Assembly: GCA_964016885.1 (NCBI GenBank)
Contig: OZ024763.1
Location: forward strand, 5,518,001 to 5,582,000
Length of the DNA: 64,000 nt
Source of the DNA: Eledone cirrhosa
Lineage: Eukaryota
Direction: 5' to 3'
Both the position numbers and the translations under genes were made by a program. The stretch's first letter is position 1. The number at the start of each line of letters is the position of its first letter. The notes under the pieces were generated by a model that did no database searches, was not told the origin of the DNA, and saw nothing but the letters and a program-made list of their open reading frames with translations. Below are positions 56,861-64,000 of this stretch, piece by piece.

Positions 56861-57196
56861 GTCATTCCATTTCTTTTGTTCCTTTAGGGCCATATCTGTC
56901 TGTCTGTCTGTCTGTCCGACTATTTGTTTGTCTGCTTAGATGTCCATCTGTTTGTCTATCACTCTATCTGATTAGCTATCTGTCTGTCTGTCTGTCTGTG
57001 TGGTTGGCTGCCTGTCTGCCTGCCTCTTTACACCACTACAACCTTTCTCTGTGATCTTGTGGCTCTAAGTTCAGCACAGCATCTCTCTACTCGTCACGGT
57101 CCTTCGTCATCTCCACCATGAGCTTCAATGATCTCAGGTCATTTCTCACCACCTCCGCCCATGTTGTTCGTGGTTTACCCCCCCCCCCCCCCCATT

Positions 57197-57642
57197 CCCT
57201 GTAACATTGTGATCCCAACTTTAATACAGCCCCCCCCCTTCTCTGTAACATTGTGATCCCAACTTTAATACAGTCCCCCCCTTCTCTGTAACCTTGTGAC
57301 CCCAACTTTAATACAGCGCCCCCCCCCTTCTCTGTAACATTGTGATGCCAACTTTAATACAGTCCCCCCCCTTCTCTGTAACCTTGTGACCCCAACTTTA
57401 ATACAACCCCCTTCTCTGTAACATTGTGACCCCAACTTTAATACAGCCACCTTCTCTGTAACCTTGTGACCCCAACTTTAATACAGCCCCCTTCTTTGTA
57501 ACCTTGTGACCCCAACTTTAATACAACCCCCTTCTCTGTAACATTGTGACACCAACTTTAATACAACCCCCTTCTCTGTAACCTTGTGACCCCAACTTTA
57601 ATACAACCCCCTTCTCTGTAACCTTGTGACCCAACTTAATAT
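57197..57642 (+). repeat. 40-bp minisatellite, ~11 copies
   Basis: Same unit; short allele like unit 1. Confidence 0.95.
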
Positions 57643-57690
57643 CAAACTTTCTCTCTTTGTTCTACCTCACCCAAAACACCATCAATGTAG

Positions 57691-57790
57691 GTTTGACAGC
57701 TCTCATGTTTGATCTCACTGAACTGGTGAATATGATGTCTATAGGAACCCTTCTAGCCTACACATTTGTGGCCAAGTGTGTCATCTTGCG
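57691..57790 (+). CDS. SLC7/CAT exon B, copy 4
   Basis: Ends CVILR like copy 1; AG/GTGAGT intact. Confidence 0.86.
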
Positions 57791-59024
57791 GTGAGTATAT
57801 CTATATATGTATATAGGTATATATGTATGTATGTATGGTCTCATATATATATATATACATACATATACATATATCATCATCGTCCTCGTCATTTTTGTGT
57901 CTGTTTTTCCACGCTTGCATGGGTTAGATGGGTACTTTTAAGCACAGCATCTCTCTACTCGTCACATTCGTACATCATTTATTCTCCGAGAGAGTAAACT
58001 AACAAGAAAATGGAACTTTAGCATCATCTGAATCATCAGCTTCCTACAATACTTTACATTTTTATCTATCTACTTATTTTGTCTCTTTTTCTCTCCTTCA
58101 CTCTATCTATTTTTGTATTTTCCACTGTCGCCTCCCTTTCTTTTTGCCACTGTTACTACTGTTACTTCCGCTTTCTTATCACCTACTGCAATCACAGCAA
58201 GCAATCACAGACATTTAGTAATATAGAGATAGATTGGCTCTTAACGTCCTGTCCCACATGAAACCACATTAGCAAAATATTGCTTAAACATATAAAACAA
58301 CATTATTACTGTATCACATTAATAAATATTGAAGTTTTTACTTTTATACTACACATTTTTGCAATGATCTGTACCCTAGTAAAGATGCTATAAACATTTG
58401 AATTAACAAACCACATAAACCCCATTAGCAAGACATTCTTGAAAAGTAGAAAACAGTATTATGATAGCATGACATTAAATATTAAAGTCTTTATTCTATC
58501 ACTGCAAATATTCACAGTGATCTATCCACTAGTAAAGATAGTGTAAACCAGAGGTTGTCAAACTGTTTGGGCCACTACCCCGCCCCCTCACGGTCATGTA
58601 ATACACTCAGCACGTCCCCAACCATATTTACAGAGAGACTTACCTACACACAAATTGTAAATAATATATAATAAATGAAATCGTTAATTTATATATAATA
58701 ATATAATATAATATATACTATGTATAAATAGATATTATATATTTTATATTTTACTATATTTATATATAATATGTATCATTTGATATTTAATATACTATTA
58801 TATCATATCTACCGCCACTGTAGGCCCCAGCGTCCACTCAGACCTTCTCAATGTCCCCACTTAATGCCCATTTTGAGAACATCTGCTCTAAACATTCGAA
58901 TTAACAAACCTCTTTATAGATATTTTCTGACTCAATCATTAGAGGAGGTGAAGATCTTGTTCTCTCTTGTTCATTATATTTTCTTGTTTCTTTGTGTCTC
59001 TTGTTTTGTTTTCTGGAGTTTTAG

Positions 59025-59093
59025 ATATAAAGTCAAGGCTTTCAAAGGTGAGGAAACTGACATAAAACCAGAAGGTGATAATGGGGATTTCAA
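59025..59093 (+). CDS. SLC7/CAT exon C, copy 4
   Basis: AG/GTAAGT intact; YKVKAFKGEETDIKPEGDNGDF. Confidence 0.72.
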
Positions 59094-61339
59094 GTAAGTT
59101 GACAGATTTCTCAGATTTGTGGAATTGTTGTGGGATTTGGCGAGGTTTTTGTAGGATTTTTGTGGGATTTTTGTAAATCTTTCTGGATCTGCCTTGATTT
59201 TGTAGATTTTGTGGATCACAAAAATATTGTACAACTGTATAATAACAATAGACATACACATATTCTAATAAGTGTAATACTTGTACTTAATTCAGCCTCC
59301 TTCCTTCCATCACTCATGAACACAGCCCCGAGGTACTTGAACTTCTCTTTCTGCTTCAGTGAAACTCCATTCACATGTAGAACATTATGATTGGTTTTTT
59401 TTTTTTTGGTTGGGGGGAGAATGATTGAAATGCCAGACGGCTCCTAAAATATCTAAAAGCCTTGGTGACCCCAGTATGGGTTAGTATGCCCTTCACTACT
59501 CTAATGTCCATGAGGGTCTGATAGGGAAGGAGTAAATGCTATATACCCCAGCCTCATTCCCATGAAAAGCTGATTAAGGAAGCACCATTCCTCTCTGCCC
59601 CCCCCCCCCACACACACACACACTTTTTCCTTGACAGCTGATGAGTCTTTAATAAAAATTGAAACTAATCAGATTGATCTTTTATTATTATTATTATCAT
59701 TATCCAGAGCCATAATAAATCAAATGAAAAATATATATGTATATATAGAGAGAAAGAGCCATATACCTTAGAGGAAACATAGTATATTGTATATATACTA
59801 AATATATATTTCAGATAGGAATATGTACTTACAGTGGAGTCATTAGAGAGACCTTATAGCACTATTTCATATTCTGTAGAGTGTGGTTGAAAATCAATCT
59901 ATGTAATCGATCATCGAAGACAAACTATCAATTATAATTAAACCACAGGAGACTCAGAATTATCATCAGAGGTTATAGTCTCAGAATTCTAAGAGAAATA
60001 TAGAATCAAAATACAATATACTTGCCAATATCCATAGAGACTGCTAACGTAACCACCATGTTGAAGACCACATGGTGTCATCATCATCATTTTACGTCTG
60101 CTTTTCCCTGCATTCTTTCCACTAGAGATAGGTGTGGAAATTATAGTCACCCCATCTCAACAAGAGATTTGGAGCTGTTATATACAAATGTAATGATTCA
60201 AAACATCAAATATGTTAGAATTTTGTGTTTCTTGATAAACAAGCTGAATATATATAAATCATCATCATCATCACCGTTTTACGTGCATTCTTCCACACTA
60301 GCATGGGATAGACAGGTTGTCCTGTTGTGGGAAGTGTCCGGTCGGCTGACCATGCCTTGCTCATACGGGAACTGATTCTGGCTTGATTTCTACAGTGAGT
60401 GTTGGGTGCTTTTTTTCCGTAGTGCCTATACGTCATGTATATATATATATAGTGGCAGACTGGGTCTAAAAATATTGGTTGCCAGGAGATAAAGGGGACC
60501 CACCCACATACAGAGGAGGATTTAATGCGATATATAGGGCAGGCAAATTATTTTAGCAGTATTTAGTGGATGCCAATATGAAAGTAGAGGGATGCAGGCT
60601 TCAATATTTGAGGAACAATCAAGCCCAATTGTGAGTGGATGAGTATAATGGTTTAATGAATTATCTAAACAGATGATAACACTGAGCCTTAAGAAATGAA
60701 GACAAGATAAGAAACAGAGAAGACATTGATAGAATCGTGTCAGCAGAAATACCTGCATTGGAAGATGATCCAGTACTACATGAGCAGGTTTAAAAGTTTA
60801 TGATCCATGGGCCATGTGGTTCTGGAAACCCTTTTTCCCCATTTATACAAAATGGATTTTTCCAAAAGAACTATCCAAAAACCTACAGAAGGAAAACATT
60901 ATTGAACCTAAATGGATACCCAGAGTACAGGAGGTGCAAGACAGGAACTGCAGTGTAAATTGGATGACATACAGTAGATAACAGGAATGTTGTGCCATTT
61001 AATGCCTTTTTGCTTAAGAAATATTGTGCACATATTAATGTTGAAGTTTGCCCTTCTGTAAAAAGTGTCAAGTACCTCTTTAAATGTGTTACATAGGACA
61101 TGATTGTGCATCTATAGAAGTAACGAATAATGCATTACCTAATGAGGCTCAGAACCAACACAACCATGATGAAATAAGAACCTATCTTTGTTGCAGGTAT
61201 GTGTCTCAGCCAGAAGCAGTGTCGTGTCTCTAGGAATTTAAGCTTCATGGTACATCACATACAGTATACAGACTAGCCACACACCGGGCGAACAAACAGA
61301 GTTTACTTTCAAAGAGGCAATGCTCAGGTTGCGGTAGAA

Positions 61340-61795
61340 ATGCAGGGTCACCGAGACACTACCCTTGCTGCCTGGTTCAAGCTAAATGAACTTCTGAACT
61401 TGCTTACACCTTCTGGGATGCCGCCTCACAAACTCCAATTAAAAGCAGGATCAATAATAATGCTTCTATGGAATATTTCAATCCAGAACAGATTATGTAA
61501 TGGCACAAGATTAGAAGTAGTGGAACTGCATCAACATGTTATCGAAGCTTCTCATATCTATGGTCCTTTGATGGGCAGGTGTGTTTTGATCCCAAGACTG
61601 AAGTTAGCCCCCAGTGGTGCCAACATCCCTTTTACTTTGGAAAGACCCCAGTTGCCATTAAGACTGTCATATGCCATGACAATCAACAAGAACCATGGTC
61701 AAATATATGATAAAGTGGGTCTGTTCCTCCCTGAACAAGTATTTAACCCTGGACAATTGTATGTTGCTTTTTCAAGAGTTCACAGACAGATGTAA
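61340..61795 (+). pseudogene. Helitron PIF1-family helicase fragment
   Basis: C-terminal PIF1 motifs are present; N-terminal helicase motifs are deleted; the usual SQGQ has degenerated to NHGQ. Confidence 0.9.
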
Positions 61796-61797
61796 AA

Positions 61798-62122
61798 ATG
61801 AATCCTACCAACCCCACCACTCCTACAACTGTTAGCCCACCCCCAGCACCACCCAACCTCCGTTCTAGTCCCACCGTTAGAACCAATGCTGCTTACCTTG
61901 CCTCTTTTACTAGTTCACTCCCTCGCTCGAATTTCAAAGCTGGCCCTCTTCAGCTGGTCGTTGCCAGCTCACCACCTGGTTGTGCTCTCTGTGTCCGCAC
62001 TAGCCGGTACCTAAACACAATAAAATGTCACCTGTGCTACCAAAACTACCACAGGAACTGTGTCGGCATCAGCAAGGCTCAAGCCGAAAGGCTTCAATAC
62101 TAGACCTGTAATCAGTGCCGCT
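61798..62122 (+). pseudogene. PHD-finger-encoding fragment (probably retrotransposon-derived)
   Basis: CALC-x11-CHLC-x4-HRNC-x13-*TCNQC fits C4HC3; the conserved Trp codon reads TAG; P/T/S-rich leader. Confidence 0.75.
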
Positions 62123-62558
62123 TTAGCTCCGACGACCAGCTATCTACCGAGTGTGTCTCGATGGAGGGGACACGAGACCAGCAAAGTCCAAGGAGTGGAG
62201 ACTACTAAATGAGATACGGTCATAGCTATGTTAAGAATATATATAAGAAACATGTTCTATACATTTAAGAAGACAAGAGAAATAAATATTTACCTCTTCC
62301 ATGTAGGTAATATAGCGGTGTTATAAAACTAATTATACGACCGGTGTAACAGTCGGTATAAATGAAAGATGTAGAAATAAAAGCTGCAACATTGACATGG
62401 ATAAAGATAATATGACCAAGAATAAATATTTAATGGAATTAAGTGTAATTTAATAAGAAATAAGTAAAACGGTGAAAGAAACAATAACAAACAAAATGGA
62501 GACAGAAAATTTGTTTTGTCTTTATAAAGCTTATTTTTAGCGCGATTTTCCTTTTAAT

Positions 62559-62870
62559 TCTGTAGCTCAGTTAGTAGCAGCTCCGCTTACTAACCTTAGG
62601 GCTATAACGTTACATGGTTCGAATCTTACACTCTTCTCTATAGTGCCACGCGAGTTATCTCCTAGTCTTTTTATTTAGTTTCACTGTTTAGTGAAAGAGG
62701 GCGCTACGAGCAGTTACTTATGTAGACGGGTGGTTAGCGACTCGGCTTACTAACATTAGCATTATTACGTTACATGGGTTCGAACCCTGTCGGCGCCTCA
62801 ATTTTTCAAATAGAGTTATCCTCCATGGTACTTTAGAGTTTCATTGTTTACTCGAAAGATGGCGCGGCTA
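62559..62870 (+). repeat. Two tandem tRNA-like units (~165-bp period) in the Helitron 3' region
   Basis: TAGCTCAGTTAG...CTTACTAAC...ACGTTACATGGTTCGAATC and GACGGGTGGTTAG...CTTACTAAC...ACGTTACATGGGTTCGAACCC, each followed by AGTTATC..GTTTCAyTGTTTA..GAAAGA(T)GGCGC. Confidence 0.65.
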
Positions 62871-62949
62871 TCAACTTCTACGAGGAATAGTAAAAGACAA
62901 TAATACACGGAAGGAGGAGAAATAGAAAGACAAATATGTGTCACACACA

Positions 62950-63215
62950 CAATTCTCTCACCCTCTCTTTACTTTTATTACTCTATCTACCTCTTATTTC
63001 TCACCCTCTCTTTATTTCTAATACTTTATCTATCTCATATTTCTCACCCTCTCTTTACGCCTATTACTCTATCTACCTCTACTTTCTCGCCCTCTCTTTT
63101 CTTCTATTACACTTTCTTCCTCGTATTTCTCACCCTCTATTTACATCTATTACTCTATCTACCTCAACTTTCTCACCCTCTCTTTACTTCTATTACACTT
63201 TCTTCCTCGTATTTA
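62950..63215 (+). repeat. Degenerate CT-rich minisatellite (~45 bp)
   Basis: Repeats of TTTCTCACCCTCTCTTTAC..CTATTAC.CT.TCT.CCTC. Confidence 0.8.
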
Positions 63216-63771
63216 TACATCTATATGGTTTATTAAAAAAAAAACGCGTGAAAAAAAAAATTTTTCATTTAAATAACTCCACTTACGCGTGGTAGTAATA
63301 CGGAAATAAACGATGTTTTGCTTTCATCGGCTGCTTTCGACTGACAGCTAATAGCGTTGTAGTGCCATATATTATATATAATATATTATATATAATATAA
63401 CATCATATAATATATATCTGTGTGTATGTGTATAATTTTTCACACGACCCTCCCTCCCACACACACATCTGTGCATCAACATTTCATTGTCAGCTGATGT
63501 CACCACCTCTCCAAGTAAGTGTTTCTTTTATGTACCGATCATTCTATTATATTTATTCCATATAACGGTTTGTAATCTCTGCCATAGACAATAGGAACAT
63601 TCTTCTTTCATTAATAGTCGGTTTTTAATTATTATACGTTGTTGGTAAATTAAATTTTCAGCTGTCACTATATATTTATTTATATATATATATTTATATA
63701 TATTTATATATATTTATATATATATATTAATTCAAAATATTAACAAAAATAGACATTCGTGTGATCAAGTA

Positions 63772-63838
63772 TATTTTATTATACATATTTCAGAGGTACT
63801 GAGCTCTCTTCAACAATACGTCCTCATCAGATAAAATA
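63772..63838 (-). ncRNA. Type I hammerhead ribozyme motif (Penelope-like element associated)
   Basis: Minus strand: TATTTTAT-CTGATGA-GGACGTATTG(loop)CAGTACCTCT-GAAA-TATGTA-TA-ATAAAATA; perfect 8-bp stem I, 10-bp stem II with one mismatch, near-palindromic stem III. Confidence 0.75.
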
Positions 63839-63907
63839 AGATGATGCATGACATACCCTGACTAAGTAGATGATTAAAAATCAGTCATGGCAGTGATGTG
63901 TAACCTT

Positions 63908-63909
<2 letters not shown>

Positions 63910-63955
<46 letters not shown>
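63910..63955. repeat. (TA)n microsatellite
   Basis: Visible directly. Confidence 0.95.
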
Positions 63956-63957
<2 letters not shown>

Positions 63958-64000
63958 TTTATCCCGTGTTCAATCGGGGGTAACCACAGTAAGTAAGGTA

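Larger units (their letters stand above)
47541..60510 (+). repeat. Tandem segmental duplication unit 4 (truncated, ~13 kb)
   Basis: Colinear until ...GGGGACCCACCCACATA (60510), then switches to the inverted Helitron segment. Confidence 0.95.
60507..63351 (+). mobile_element. Helitron, internally deleted: Rep C-half, PIF1 helicase C-terminus and 3' non-coding end
   Basis: Rep motifs 60520-61385 (SAEIP, MIHGPCG, HINVEVC, DEIRTYLCCRYVS, TTLAAWFKLN); helicase 61390-61780 (PSGMPPHKLQLKAG..LCNGTRL..IPRLKL..LRLSYAMTINK..GQ..VF..GQLYVAFSRV); CT-rich repeats; weak hairpin then CTAA-T at 63348-63352. Confidence 0.88.

Noticed and set aside
62936-63295. 119-aa hydrophobic ORF
   Set aside because: Translation of the CT-rich minisatellite.

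Overview
AT-rich, repeat-dense eukaryotic DNA. The SINE, RTE, Helitron and (TA)n-associated families look like those of octopus/coleoid cephalopod genomes (recognised by eye, not searched). About 94% of the window is a head-to-tail array of four closely related units: 158-15523, 15524-31527, 31528-47540 and a truncated 47541-~60510. Each unit carries three spliced exons (140, 100 and 69 nt) of a cationic amino-acid transporter (SLC7/CAT family). The triplet totals 309 nt and starts and ends in phase 2, so the cassettes could splice together in frame. Each unit also holds a ~970-bp near-perfect palindrome made of two convergent tRNA-like (A/B box) units, with signs of arm-to-arm conversion. An older palindrome of the same family, two VNTR minisatellites and RTE/SINE/hAT relics are also present. 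Units 1-3 end in a minus-strand Helitron Rep fragment. Unit 4 instead switches at an 8-nt microhomology into the same Helitron in the opposite orientation, which continues through Rep, PIF1 helicase, an inserted PHD-finger fragment, twin tRNA-like repeats and a probable 3' end near 63351. A well-formed type I hammerhead ribozyme motif lies at 63772-63838 (-). A unit-1-only perfect hairpin built from half a hammerhead sits at 6796-6927. Most ORFs in the supplied track are spurious.
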